A stretch of 64,000 nt of DNA, taken from the NCBI GenBank assembly GCA_016748015.1, contig JAAOMT010000697.1, positions 1,243,281 to 1,307,280 on the forward strand, given 5' to 3'. The stretch's first letter is position 1, and every line of letters starts with the position of its first letter. This DNA comes from Geosiphon pyriformis uo1 (taxonomy: Eukaryota > Fungi > Glomeromycota). Made by a program: the position numbers and the translations under genes. Positions 25,060 to 38,420 of the stretch are shown here, one piece after another. The notes beneath the pieces are model-generated. The model saw only the letters and a list, made by a program, of their open reading frames with translations, did no database searches and was not told the DNA's origin.

Positions 25060-26950
25060 TCAGACCAAGTAATTTTTAAAAAAATCTAAATTTTTTTGGT
25101 TTTTGTAATTTTTTGATAAAAATTGATAGTCTCTAAGATATTTTGTTACATATTAATTTTTTCTTATAACAAAATACAAGTTGGTATTGTGTATTTAATT
25201 TGCTATCTTTGTTGTTTTTAAATAGAATTTAAATACTTTTTTCTTATTTTTTGTTGTTTTTTATCTATTTAGATAACACTATTTAAGATATTATTATGCT
25301 TTTTTATGTCTTATTTTTGCAGCTTTTAAATATAGTTTTTATGTTTTTTATTATTTTTTATCATTTTTTATTTATTATTATAACAAATTGCAAGATTTTG
25401 CTGTATATTTTTATTATTTACTTCTGTTATTATTAAAAAAAGTTCAAATGCTTTAATTATATCTTAAACAATTTTTTTTGAATTATTGTTATTTTATAAA
25501 ATTGGCACTTTTTAAGAAAATTTTTGATATTTGTTGTTTCTAAAATTTTAGAAATACTTTTATTAATTTAAGCTTTGTTTTAATTTTATATACTAAAGAG
25601 AACCCAAGTAAAATATAGTGAATAGAGGTTTTTATAGTGTTATTACTTAAATAAACAAAATATTTTTTGGTGTTTTTTTATTGCTCTTAAGATATTATTT
25701 TATTGTGTTAACAATTTTTAAATAATTATTAAGCAACAAACTTTTTTTTGATGATATTAAATGGTTTTTTAATTATATTAAAGAGTTTTCATAATTGAAA
25801 TTAATCTGTTAAAATTGAAATTACTGAATGTTTTCTCAGATTCAATGTTTTTTTAAAAAGAAAAACTGAATTGCCATTCAATTTCGTTAAGACAATTAAT
25901 TATTTCAATTATAGATAGGCAATTTTGTAATAATTTATTTTAACATTCAGTGTAAAATTGAACATATTTGACAGAAGTTTTTAAATTGGGTTTTTTTTGA
26001 GTTATTTTCAATAATAAAGAATATCTACTTAATAGCTTTTATAAAAGCACTTTCAGTATATATGTATCAAATTTTTTATTTTATATATATTGAGAATTCT
26101 TAAAGCACTGTAGTTCAATATATGTTAATTGTTTATAAATCAACAAAACTTTTACAATAAGTTTTTCTAATTTTAAAAAGGCCAAGATTCACAATTTTTA
26201 TAGAATTATAGTGAACTATAATATTTAAAGAATTCTTTTTAGAAAATTCAAAAATCAAATAGTTAAATAATATCTTCTGCTTTTTAATTATATATTTTTT
26301 ACTTACTAAATCTCTATGAATAACATTTTTTTATGAAGGCAGAAAATCTTCCAGGTTAGCTTTTTTGCAAGCCATAATTTTTTTACAATTTTTATTTTAG
26401 AGAAGTTTGATTTAAGATATTTATTTATAGTTTTTCTTTTTGTATATTTTAAAACAAATATGTAGTCCTTTCGACCATTTGTTGCAATCCAAAAACTTTT
26501 TTTAATATTTTAGAAGGAGTTTGTATTTGATAACTTAAAAATTATCTTTTCCTAGAGTTTTTGTGACACTATAAAACTTCATAATAAGTCAGACTTCTTA
26601 AAAATTGCATCTTTATAAAATGAAGATTTATTTTGAGAGTTATATTTTATAGCAAATATATTTGAAAGTGATCATATGAATGTGAGTTTATATTTCTTTA
26701 ATAAATTCTGTCAACTCAGATATTACATTTTTCAAAAATTGTTTTAACTGTTTCAATACAAATCGCAAATCTTATCAACTTGGCACTAGAAGTCTTAAAA
26801 ATAGTTTAGTAATATTTATCCATATCTTTTTATAAATATGTATTAAAAAATTTAAATCTACATTTAAAAAAGCTTTAAGGCTTAAAATTTCTATAAAATC
26901 TTAATTTTAATTTTCTAAAAATTTTGTTAATTATTTTAACTCATGTTTAT
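25060..26950 (-). pseudogene. TKL kinase + Sel1-like repeats, copy B' (kinase N-terminal), highly decayed; invisible in the ORF track
   Basis: Minus strand: FVLKQLKQFLKNVISELTEFIKE, IMKFYSVTKT, YIFVLKY, CLHKK.VIHRDL|GTAAGT, NSLNIIVHYNSIKIVNLGL, TYIELQCFK..NKKFDTY, KTSVKYVQFYTEC*NKLLQNCLSIIEI..LNEIEWQ, ILLGFSL, then SLRs (QNLAICYN, LYLKAAKIRH, NTQYQLVFCY). Colinear with 43193-45187. Confidence 0.85.
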
Positions 26951-29403
26951 TTATTAAAAAAAAGAATCAAAAGATTTTTAATTATTTATTAAGCCATACA
27001 AAAATAGATCCTAAATTTTAATTTTTTAAAAATTTTAAAATATTTTTATTCTATTTAAATTCACAAATCTTATAAAGTAATTTAATAAAATTTTATATTA
27101 ATTATCAACATAAATTGTCAATTGATTCATAAATTTTATTATATTTTAAGTTTTAATGAAAGCCTTGAAAATTTTAAACATAGATTATAATATTTTAAAT
27201 ATTATAAAACACTAAATATTTTAACTGAGACTGAAAATTTTTAAAATAATTTTTTTGATATAAATCATTATCAAAAAAGTACTATAATTGAAATAAAAAA
27301 TATTATAACCAGTTTTTTTTGTTAAACTCTTATAAAAAATAATGTTATTTTAAGTGAATAAAAAATTTAAACTATTTAACTTGTGTCTTTAAGAAATTAA
27401 AATAAATAAAAATAACTTTTATATATTTTTTTAAATATTTGTATATAATTTTTTAATTAATAAATGAAATAGTAATATTATATATTGTAAAGTTTTAAAT
27501 TACAAGTTTAAATAAATAGTGCTATTTTTTTTACATACTTTATTAAATTAAATCAAACATTGTGCAAGATATTTTCCCCTCCATAAATTTTTTCGAAACC
27601 TTTTTCTATGTTTCTTTTGACTATGTTTTAAAGATTCTAATAAAATTTAAGTTAAGAAAGTTAGATGGCTAATCAATTACTTTAGAAAAATTACTAAAAA
27701 GAATTTTTAGCTTTATGATAAATGTGATTCAAATTGTTATGATGTTGGGATTGTCAAAATTTTTTGAATTATCTGATTTAACTGAATTTAAATTAGAAAA
27801 AGCATAGCAAATCTAGATGATATGAATTTTTATTCAAATACTTTTTTTACATATTTTATGTTGTTTATTTTTAATACTAATGAATAAATAATAATATCTT
27901 AATTAATTAATAACTTTTTATTTATTCAATCTTATAATTTGCTAGTAAATTAAATAGTGCTTAATTAAAGAGCATATTAAATTAGGATAAGTTTTTTTAA
28001 TATTTTTTATATTTAATATTTGTCTCAATTATGATTTATTATGCATTATAGTGCTTTAATTTCGACTGCTATAACAAAAGAATTTTTATACATGATTTTC
28101 CAGCCATGAGGAGTTAATTTGTGTATCAGTTTTTTGATTTTTTTAGTCTTAAACTTTGGCTAACTAAATAAGCTCTTGTACTGATTTAATAAATTTTAAA
28201 ATTTCGTCTCTAAAGAAAATTTTATTTATATCACAAATATAATGTTAATTATTTAAAATAACATAGCTTATGAAAAATATTAGGAGAAAAAAACAGTCAT
28301 TTTAAATACTTTTTACAATTTCGCAAAGTTTAAGAATGGTTTCACAGATTTTTTATATTTTTAATTAAAATTAGAATTTTTGCTAAAATTGTATTATTAT
28401 AAATTGAAGTAACAAGCTAACAGATAACCAAAATAATTTAAAAAAAAATTAATAAAATAAATGCATTAAACTAAAATGAACTAATAATCATAAAAATTAT
28501 TTGTTTTCAAAACTGTTTTAAATATTAAACTTTTATGCAAAAAATTACTATAATACAAGTTTATAATATTAATCTCTGTATTATTATACCCAAAATTTTG
28601 AATATATTTCTTTTATCAAATTTAGAAAGTACCAAGAATAATTTGAGCATTAAAAAAATCACATTTGCATAAATAAATAAAAATCTATAATTAATTAAAA
28701 TGAAACTTAATTTAAAAGATTTAGATATTAGATTTTATATGACAATAAAACTCTTATCTATTTGATCCAAAAATTATTATGTGTAATCAGTTTTGACAAT
28801 AATATTCTAAGATATATTAAAGTCACTTGAGCATTGATAACTCTTAAGTAATAAATCAAAATTTTCACATATTTATGATAAAAATATATTAAATGACCAG
28901 ACTAAACATGATTTTTAGCAAGTACTTTTACTCATTATTTTTTTTTGAAAATGCTTAATTTTTCATTCACAGTTAATCAAATTAATACATTTTGATAGTA
29001 AGAGCAAAAAGTTTTTGATTTACATGATAAAAAAGTATATTAAGTATGCTCAATATTGTCTAAATTTTAATATTTAAATTTGAACTTGTGTAAAAAAAAT
29101 TTTAAGAATATTTAACTAGTGGTTTAAAAATAAAGTTATTATTGCTTGGACTTAAGCTAATATTAGCAATTCTTAAAGTTATTACTGAACTATTATTATT
29201 TAAAAATATTTATATTAATTATAATAGTTTAGTATATATTAGATTTCTTAAATATTTTATATTAATTATTTCAAATTTCTGAATTAAATTTCAATAGGCT
29301 TAAACAATAAACAGTAAATAACAAGAGTTTATCAAAATTGGCAATGGGTGAACAATTTTTTTATATAGATTAGATAAATATAGAAAAGATAATTAACAAA
29401 TAT

Positions 29404-29525
29404 GGCTACCTTTTCTTGCTTTTCACTTTTGTAAGAAATCTTAAACTAAAACTACCTCTTCCTGCTTTTTATTCTTGTAAAAAATCTTAAACTACCTTTC
29501 TTCCACTCTTTATTCTTATAAGACA
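29404..29525. repeat. ~43-47-bp tandem repeat, 3 copies
   Basis: CTACCTYTTCYTGCTTTTYATTYTTGTAARAAATCTTAAA-like unit at ~29406, ~29452, ~29491. Confidence 0.75.
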
Positions 29526-29629
29526 TAAATAACAGACTAACAATTATCAATTTCTTACCACCTAATTCTAAAATTTAATTCAGTTATTTGATGATTGATT
29601 GTTCATAAATTTCTATTTCATATTCATTA

Positions 29630-29996
29630 GCTATTTGAATATTGAATTGTGAATTACTAGTGAGCATGGCAATTCAAATATTGAGATGCAAATTATTGGT
29701 AAATGATAGTTATTCAAATGTTGAGTTGCAAATTATTGATGGGTGATGATTATTTAAATGTTAAATTTGCACATTTTTGATGACTAGTAGTTATTTGAAT
29801 GTTAAGTTGTGAAATATTGGTGAATAGTTATATTCAAATGTTGAATCACAAATTATTGATGAGTGATAATTATTTGAATGTTAAATTCATGCATTTTTGT
29901 TGGGTGATGGTCATTCAAATATTGAGTTGTAAATTATTGGCAAGTGGTGGTTATTTCACTTTTGAATTTGCAAATTATTGGTAGGCAGTGATTATC
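29630..29996. repeat. ~40-bp minisatellite, ~9 copies
   Basis: Unit TATTYRAATRTTGAGTTGYRAATTATTGGTGRGTGATRGT repeated about every 40 nt. Confidence 0.85.
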
Positions 29997-30129
29997 AGTC
30001 AATTGTTGGTATTAAATTAGAGTTAAGCTCAATAGAATTTTTTTTTTCTGTCAATTTTGCCAAGTCTGTTCTATTAGCTGTGGTTTTACTAAATAGTAGA
30101 TAGAAATAATTTAACCTATAATGCACATT

Positions 30130-30385
30130 AATAACTATAAGTGAAAACAAACATTTAGCTGGAATACAACAAGTACAGAGATTAAATAACAATTTATGTC
30201 ATTGACTATAAGTAAAAGCAAACATTCAGCAAAATGGATATATGCACAAAGGTATAACAATTCATGTTATTGATCATCAGTAGAAGCAGACATTCAGCAG
30301 AATGTATATACACAGAGATATAACAATTCATGTTATAGATTGTAAATAAAAACAGACATTTGGCAGAATGGGTGCATGCACAATG
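30130..30385. repeat. ~70-bp tandem repeat, ~3.5 copies
   Basis: CARACATTYAGCAGAATG...CACAGAG..ATAACAATTCATGTTAT at ~30148, 30219, 30287, 30353. Confidence 0.8.
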
Positions 30386-31799
30386 GTTAGAAAACATTAC
30401 ATTTGGCAATATAAAGGAGTTAAAAATTCTGTACTTGGTTGAGTTTCTTTGGTTAAGATTGGAGTTTTTTTTGGTAAAGAATGTCTTCTTTCCTCATCTA
30501 ATACTTAGAGTTAAAAAAGATATGTCAGCACTCTTACTTGTATTGTTCTTGGAAATCTGGAGATGAGAATAAACATCTCTTAGATTTTTTTAGTGTTTTT
30601 TAAATTTGTGAGTCATGAGTAGTGAGTTGTTAATCATATTGGTTATAGTTATTAGGTTTGTGAATTGGTGAATGCTAGTAATTCATTGCCAATAAAGATA
30701 AGTTTAATTCCATATAGAATAAAATTTTGCTTAAAAGCAAAAAACACTTTTTTATATATGTTACTGCTTCTAAGTTGTTGATTTTGAGATCAAAAATTAC
30801 ATGTTTGTTTTTCACATAAAAACACAAAAACAAGAATACAAAAATACAAAAATACAAAGATGGAATTAACTAATATATAGTAATTAAAAACAAAGCATTA
30901 CTTTTTGAAACTTTGGTACTTTCTGGAAATTTTTTATATTATTATGCAGATTCTCATGACTAATACAATATTAAGCAAATACTTATGACTTATTTTTTTG
31001 ACTTTGTTATCCTAAAATGGCTAAATACAATCAGTATAAAAATCAAATTTACATTTCTCTTAAAACTGTGGGATTTATTATAACATTTAATTTAACTCTT
31101 CTCTTTGTCTAAAAAAACAATATAAATAGTCACAGATGAATTAATTATTAAGAACATGACATCCATATCTTGTATTCAAAAAAAATTAATATACTAGACT
31201 GAATAATATAAAAAAAATAGAAAACCACTGGGTGTAGCCAATACACGTACTTTCTGTTGTAACACGGAATCTGGAAACATGATTGTTTACTTAAAACATA
31301 GTCTCCAAACATCTAAAAGATTTCAAAACAAGTTTAGTGTTCATTATTATTATATTTCGATCAAGATTATATTTTCAGTTTAGTTTTAACATTAGATACT
31401 AAAAAAAAATAGGAATTTAGCAATAAACAACAAATAACAAAGAATTGAAAAAGTATTAACAATCAACAAATAATTAACTATCTAATTTAAAGACTTGAAT
31501 AAAATTGAGTACATTATTTTAAATAAATTCTATTTTATGGAAGCATATTTCCCCCTTAATTTACATAACAGAAAGTTCAAATATTGGTAAATATTTACAT
31601 TTTTAGATGAATAATTGATTTAATTCACTTGATTTAATCCACTTAAACAGGCTTATTGTCAGCCCATTTACATAAATTAGTCAAAAAATTAGGCACAATA
31701 TGGAATTTTTAATTATTATAGATAATTCTTAAAAATTGTATTTGGTAAATTATTATTCACAGTCAACCTAAATTTATAGAATTATTGAATATCTAGCAT

Positions 31800-32053
31800 C
31801 TAAGATTTGTAATGAGGCTCTTATACTAAAAAAAAAAATATCTATGGTTTTGTCATCATTTGCCAGAAAACTATTTTAGATGTGATTAGTGGAAAGCATT
31901 TTGTAATAGAAAAGTATACATCTCAAAAAAAATTAGCAGATGCAAAGTAAACAAATCTGTTTATAAAAAAAGAAAAAATACAAGATGCTAGCATGTTATA
32001 ATATGGCAAGATATAAAATTCAATAATCTCAAAATTTGGATTTTCTACAAATG
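31800..32053 (+). pseudogene. C-terminal remnant of another SLR-kinase family A copy
   Basis: IYGFVIICQK (cf. IYSFAIILCK) and EKIQDA...SKFGFSTNG followed by a GTAAGT donor; the same TTTTCTACAAATG|GTAAGT junction occurs in copy A' at ~51866-51884. Confidence 0.7.
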
Positions 32054-34328
32054 GTAAGTCTTTTATTTATTATATTCAAAAAGCTTTTAATCTAAAAATT
32101 TTTATTAATAATATGAAAATTAAAAATTGAGGGAGGAATCAGTTCTTTAAAATATAATATATTAGCATATATCTAATTTCATCTTTAAATCTCTTTTAAG
32201 AGAAGCTTTTTGAATAAAAGTTATTAAATATAAGGCATTTGCTTATCAATTTTATTTATGTACAAACACGTTTTGAAAACTTTATTCTTTTAAAACATTA
32301 TTTATACATATTTTTAATATCTACCTAAATTAACATTTCAATTGATCAAGCTTATTTAAACTTAAAATAATTTTTTTTCTTTTGGTTTAATACATTAAAT
32401 TTTATATTTTATATTTTACATTTTATAAATGAGTACATTTTAATAAAATTGTAGTTTTTAAATATAAGCTAAATATTGAAAGTATACAATTAAATTTATT
32501 TTTTGATTTGTTTCTATTTTATTTTTTAATAAAAAAACACATCAAATTAATATTAATATAGAGAATTTATGTATGTATTACAATAACTTTACTTTTATTT
32601 TTAATTAATTTTTTAATAATATTATATATATAAACTATTATAAACAAATTTTAATTTATATAAATATTAATAAAAATTTTTATAACTAACAAATTTTAAT
32701 TTATAATATTTTGAAATATTAAAATTTTGTTACTATAATAAATTATTATTATAAATTGATTTATAATATTGAATTCTAATTGTAATAACCAATTAAAAAA
32801 CTGAATTTTGATATGACACAAATAAATTATTAATACTTTTTCGAAAAAACAATTGCTTGAAAAAAATAATTGCTAATCAATTTTGTTTTTAATTATTTTT
32901 TATTTTCTTCTATTGTGATATTCATCTAAATTTTTGAAAAGCTTAAATAATTAACAAGGTAGAATAATTTTTTTAAATAATCAAGTTAACCTTAAAGATT
33001 CTAATTCCTTTTCTCAACTCCACTACATTTGATAAAAATGCCTTTGATTGCTTACTGGTCAAGTAACCAAGAGTTTTATTTTTTTTAACATATGCTAGAT
33101 CTTCTCTCCAAATCAAGTTAAGCAAAGTTTAAAAATGAAATAATATTATAGCTTTCTAATTAATTTAAAAATAAAAAAAATAACTGTATAATTTTTAATT
33201 AATTACAATGCTTAAAAATTATGTCATAATTTATTGGATCTTATTTTAAAAAATTGAAAGAGAACCAAGTTTATTTATATTTTTATTTAGAAAGTCTCAA
33301 ATAATAGAGCCTATAACTTTTTCGATTATGACAGTTGGATTTTATTCTATTTTAAATATTACAAGTAGAGAAAAATTAAAATTACAATGCATAGGTGCTA
33401 AGAAACTCAAGTTAATTATCTTTCTAAAACGAATAATTATTAGTAAATTTTGACATTTTTTTTAATAATTAAATCTTCTAATTAATATTTTTCTGGTTTT
33501 TTCTATCTTTTCGAATAAAAATTTTCCAATTGAAATTATTATTAATTTTTGGCTATATTAAACAGAACATAAAAATAAAGTTTTCAGTATTAGTCCATTT
33601 TAACTGAAAATATTTGAATATAGTTTAATTTTATTCTTTTGTAATAATAAGTAAAATTATGTTTATCTTCAGCATTATTAAAAAATTACTTTTCAACAAA
33701 TAGAGTAAAAAATATATAGAGAAATTTAAATTTAAAACTGTTTATTTTCATTTTTAAAAACTGATCTTTACAAAATATTAATAAATACTTATTAATTTAC
33801 ATTTCTTATTATATATTAACTATGACTAATCAGATATTAATATAATTTAATTGCAAAGAATTCAAAAAAAATTTGTCACCACTTTTTTTATCTAATTAAT
33901 TCTCACATTTTACAGGAGAAATTTGAAAATCCAAGTATTTTTTTCAAATAAACAGTAAATTTTTTTATATAATATAAAATGCATAAAACATTTATTTAAC
34001 TAGAAAAAATGTAGTAATAAATTCTTGATGCCTTTTCTAACAGTTTGAATAAAACATATTTTTTAATAAAGATTACAAACTTTATTTAAATAAATATTTT
34101 TTGAAATATAATATAAGTTTACTATGTTTATTAAATAATTTTTGTTTATACTTAAACATAATATATTATTTTGTTATTTTAAATATTAAATATTATATTT
34201 TTAAAATTTAAATTATTTTCTGTTATTAATTAAAATTTTGTTAAAAATTTGTTTAATATTACACTAACTTTTTAATAAAAAATTCAAATTTTATAATATA
34301 TCTTTTTTTATTATATAATAACGAAAGC

Positions 34329-34675
34329 TTATGCTTAATTATATGTGATTAGCCACCCAAGCCAGCCATACTCTGAAGACTGACACAAATCCGAGATTAA
34401 AAACAAGCCCTTAACAAAACTAAAATTCAGATTAATTTTTTTGACAAAACCAATCTTATAAATTGCTATATCATTAAGCAAAAAAACCGAATCTCTAACA
34501 TCAGAAATTACAAAACCAGTATCATTAATTAGACCCCTTTGCTTACACTTTGCCAGATCAGATCTCTATGGGCCATGACCTAACTTTAAACAAGATCAAT
34601 AATATGTAAAGCAGCAACATCAACTTGACCAAACTTATAAACAGATTCAGAAAACCAATCTGCAAATAAATTGTT
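34329..34675 (-). mobile_element. 5'-truncated LINE 3' fragment (ORF2 C-terminus + 3' UTR)
   Basis: Minus strand DWFSESVYKF..IIDLV and KQRGLINDTGFVISDV..IGF match DWFNKSVAIF..IVNFV and EKKGLIPSDGFIFSLV; 3'-UTR motif TTGGGTGGCTAATCACATATA. Confidence 0.8.
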
Positions 34676-36179
34676 TTAATTAACAATATTTTCAATAATC
34701 TTCAAGTTTTGAGAACATTTATTAGTTAAATTTGAATTACAAAATTTATTTTTTGAAATGCAAACTGAAGTTTAGAGAAAACAGATAGTTATAAAAAAAT
34801 TTTTAATTACATTTTTTTGAATATTTGGAAATTTAATTTTCAATAAAAATAATAGAACAAAATTGGGTATTTCGAGTTTATTAGAAAAAAAAACTCTATT
34901 TTAAAAAATACTGCATAGAAAACATCTATTTTATTCAAAATTACTTTATCGAATATTAATTTTAGTGTATTTTTATTTCACTCTGTGTAAAAAACCAAAC
35001 ATTATCTAATATTTATCATTTTAATTAGTGAGATAAAACATGATCATATATTATAATTTTATTATCTGATATAAAATAGACTATAAAATATTCTGCCAAT
35101 GAAAATTTTCAAAATAAAATTTTACTTTTTAAAAAATATATGATTAAATTAAATAAAATTAAATTTAGTTATTTTTGATATAAAAAATTTCATATTCCTT
35201 GACAAAAAAATTTATTTGCTGATATTTTAAGCCAAGCAATATAACAGGTTTATAATCTATTTTTCTAAACAACAGCATTCTGGGAGAATTTTAAAATTTG
35301 CCAGACAATAAGATATTTCTCCAAAAGAGAGTCTACAATCTTGTTCATTATAAGTTCTATTTTTACCAACAAAATTGCTAAGTTTAGCATTTTTAGCTTT
35401 GTTATCTCTAAGAAAAACTTTTTTTTCCATCCAACTAATTATCTCTAAAGTCTCATAATTGTAAATTATATCTGTCAATGAGCTAACCAGCTTTTTTTAC
35501 TTTAATTCTGCTTATTGTTCCTTTATTATCACATAATTAATAAAAATTAGCTAGGGTAAATCTGGTTTGATTGTATTGAAGTAACAATTTAAACTTATTT
35601 CCAAGTTGATATTCAAAAGAAATATTTTTGGCTTTTTTTTAAATTCAATTATCTAGCTGTTTTATATTATGCAATTAAAAAGACTTTGAATTAATATATA
35701 ATTATAATGGCTGAATATTTATAGACTTTTGATAACTACCTAATATAAAATAATGATGTTAAATATTTTATATAAAATTTCAAATAAAATTCTTGCAAAT
35801 GTATTTAAATCATGCCAATAATTTGTGAATACTATCAATAGAGTGTAATCTGACAAGAATTTGAACAAATATATCATTAAGATATAAGATTTTCGAAATC
35901 TTATAATAATCAATAAAAAACTTACTAATTAGTATTATTATCAGCATTTATTCAATTTATGTTAAGAATTTTTTATAAATTGCAGCTACTTAATTAATTA
36001 GCAAAGCAATTAATGGTCTAAATTGGTTATTAAAATAAATTAATAATTAATTAAAAAAACTAATATATATCTTAACTCATATATATCAAACAATGTTTTA
36101 GTTTTTATTATAATTGCACTTTTAACAATGGTGAGTCCAACACTTTTTTACAACCTAGTAATTTATACCAAAAAAAAAA

Positions 36180-38420
36180 GACTATCACTTGGTATTTGTA
36201 GTAAATTTTTAAGAACAGTTCTTATAAAAGCATTGTATATTTGGTTTTTTAATTGATCAAAAATCATGCAAAATTTTAAAGTTAGTAAAACATAAATTGT
36301 AATTGATGAGAAAATAATAAACAAAATTATTAGAATTACTTTTCAAGTATCAATTATAAGTAATTAAGAAAAAGATTTATATGGTCAATTCTCAAGAGCA
36401 ATTTTTATAAAAGTATTTTATATTTGGTTTTCTAATCAATTAAAAATCAAACAAGATTTTCAAATTAGTGAGGCTTCAATTATAATTAATAAGAATTGAA
36501 AAACAAAATTATTAGGATCACTTTCTAAGCACTGGTCATAAATAATAAACAAAATACAGAAATCCATATGGATACAGAATAGTATTGAGTTATTTTAGTA
36601 TTGAGCATGCCAATATAGAAATACAGCAAGCACTAAAACGTTCTATAAAATACTAATAAGTCTTTTTTCAAGCATTAACCATAAGTATCTATAGAATAAA
36701 AACTTATATAAAAGTAGAATAACATTAAGTTATTCTAGTAAAAAGTGTCTTAATATAAAATACAACAAATATTATTAGGTGTTAAAAAGTCTCTTTTCAA
36801 GCATTAATCATAGATATCTATAGAATAAAAACTTGTATAAAAGTAGGATAACATCAAATTATTTTGGTAAAAAGTATGCTAACATAGAATACAACAAGTG
36901 CTAAAATGTTCTATTAGATGCTAAAAAGTTTTTTTTTAAGCATTGGTTATAAATATTTATAGAATAGAGACTTGTATGAGAGTAGAATAATATTAAGTTA
37001 TTCTAGTAAAAAGCATTTTAGCATAAAATACAGTAAGTAATATCAAGTGTTAAGAAGTCTTTTTTTAAGCATTGACTATAGGTATTTATAAAATAGAGAC
37101 TTATATAAAAGTAAAATAATATCAAGTTATTCTAGTAAAAAATGTCCTAATATAGAATACAGCAAACACTAAAATGTCCTATTAGATACTAAAAAGTTTT
37201 TTCTAAGCATTGGCTATAAATATCTATAGAATAAAAATTTATATAGAGGTAAAATAACATGAAGTTATTCTGGTAAAAAGCACTTTAGCATAAAAAACAG
37301 CAAGTATTCAAACATCTTGTCAAGTGTTAACAAGTTTTTTTTCAAACATTAGTCATAGGTATCTATAAAATAGAAACTTGTATAGGAATAAAATAATATC
37401 AAATATTCTGATAAAGAGTGTTTTAGCATAAAATACAGCAAGTACTATCAGGTGCTAAGAAGTTTCTTTTCAAACATTGATTATAGGTATTCATAAAATA
37501 GAGCCTTATATAGAGATAGGATAATATTGAGTTATTCTGGTAAAGAGTGCACTAACATAAAATACAGTAAGCACTAAAATGTCTTATCAGATATTAAGGA
37601 GTCTTTTTTTAAGCATTAATCATAGATATTTATAGAATGAAAACTTATATAAGGGTAGGATAACATCAAATTATTCTGGTAAAAAGTGCTTTAGCATAGA
37701 ATACAGTAAGCACTAAAATGTTCTGTTAGGTGTTAAGGAGTTTTTTTTCAAGCATTGGCTATAAATATCTATAGAATAAAGACTTATATAAGAGTAAGAT
37801 AATATTGAGTTATTTTGGTAAAAAGTGCTTTAGTATAAAATACAGTAAGTACTATTAGGTATTAAAAATTTTTTTCCAAACATTAGCCATGGATATCCAT
37901 AGAATAAAAACTTATATAAGAATAGAATAATATCAAGTTATTCTAATAAAAAGCATGTTAATATAGAATACAACAAGTACTAAAATGTTCTATTAAATGC
38001 TAAGAAATTTTTTTTCAAGTATTAGTTATAGGTATCTATAGAATAAAAACTTATATAGAGATAAAATAATATTAAATTATTCTGGTAAAGAGTGCTTTAA
38101 CATAAAACAAAGCAAATGTTGAAATGTTTTATTAAGTGTTAACAAATCTATTTTTAAACATTAGTCATAAGTATTTATAAAATAGAAACTTATATGAGAA
38201 TAGAATAACATCAAATTATTTTGATAAAAAGAGCTTTAGCATACAATACAGCAAATACTATCAGGTGCTAAAAAATCTCTTTTCAAGCATTGGCTATAGA
38301 TATTTATAGAATAAAAACTTATATAAAAGTAGAATAATATTAAGTTATTTTGGTAAAAAGCACATTAGTATAGAATATAGCAAGCACTAAAAGTCTTGTC
38401 AGGTGCTAAGAAGTTTTTCT
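36180..38420. repeat. Satellite: two ~182-bp lead-in units, then ~14 units of 128-139 bp in a 3-unit (~407-bp) higher-order repeat
   Basis: Anchor ARCATT at 36528, 36671, 36800, 36939, 37068, 37206, 37345, 37473, 37612, 37751, 37879, 38018, 38157, 38286 (spacings 143, 129, 139, 129, 138, 139, 128, 139, 139, 128, 139, 139, 129). Confidence 0.95.

Noticed and set aside
29799-30566. Short ORFs in the minisatellite block
   Set aside because: Translations of 40- and 70-bp repeats whose periods do not preserve frame.
35257-35478. ORF with KLSNFVGKN, faintly like a ciliary CFAP298 motif
   Set aside because: The match is only a few residues and flanks disagree; more likely a decayed TE or gene fragment that I cannot identify.
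36528-38420. CRISPR-like array (regular palindromic repeats)
   Set aside because: Units are homologous along their whole length with no unique spacers; no cas genes; eukaryotic context. Most unit lengths are not multiples of 3, so it is not a coding repeat either.
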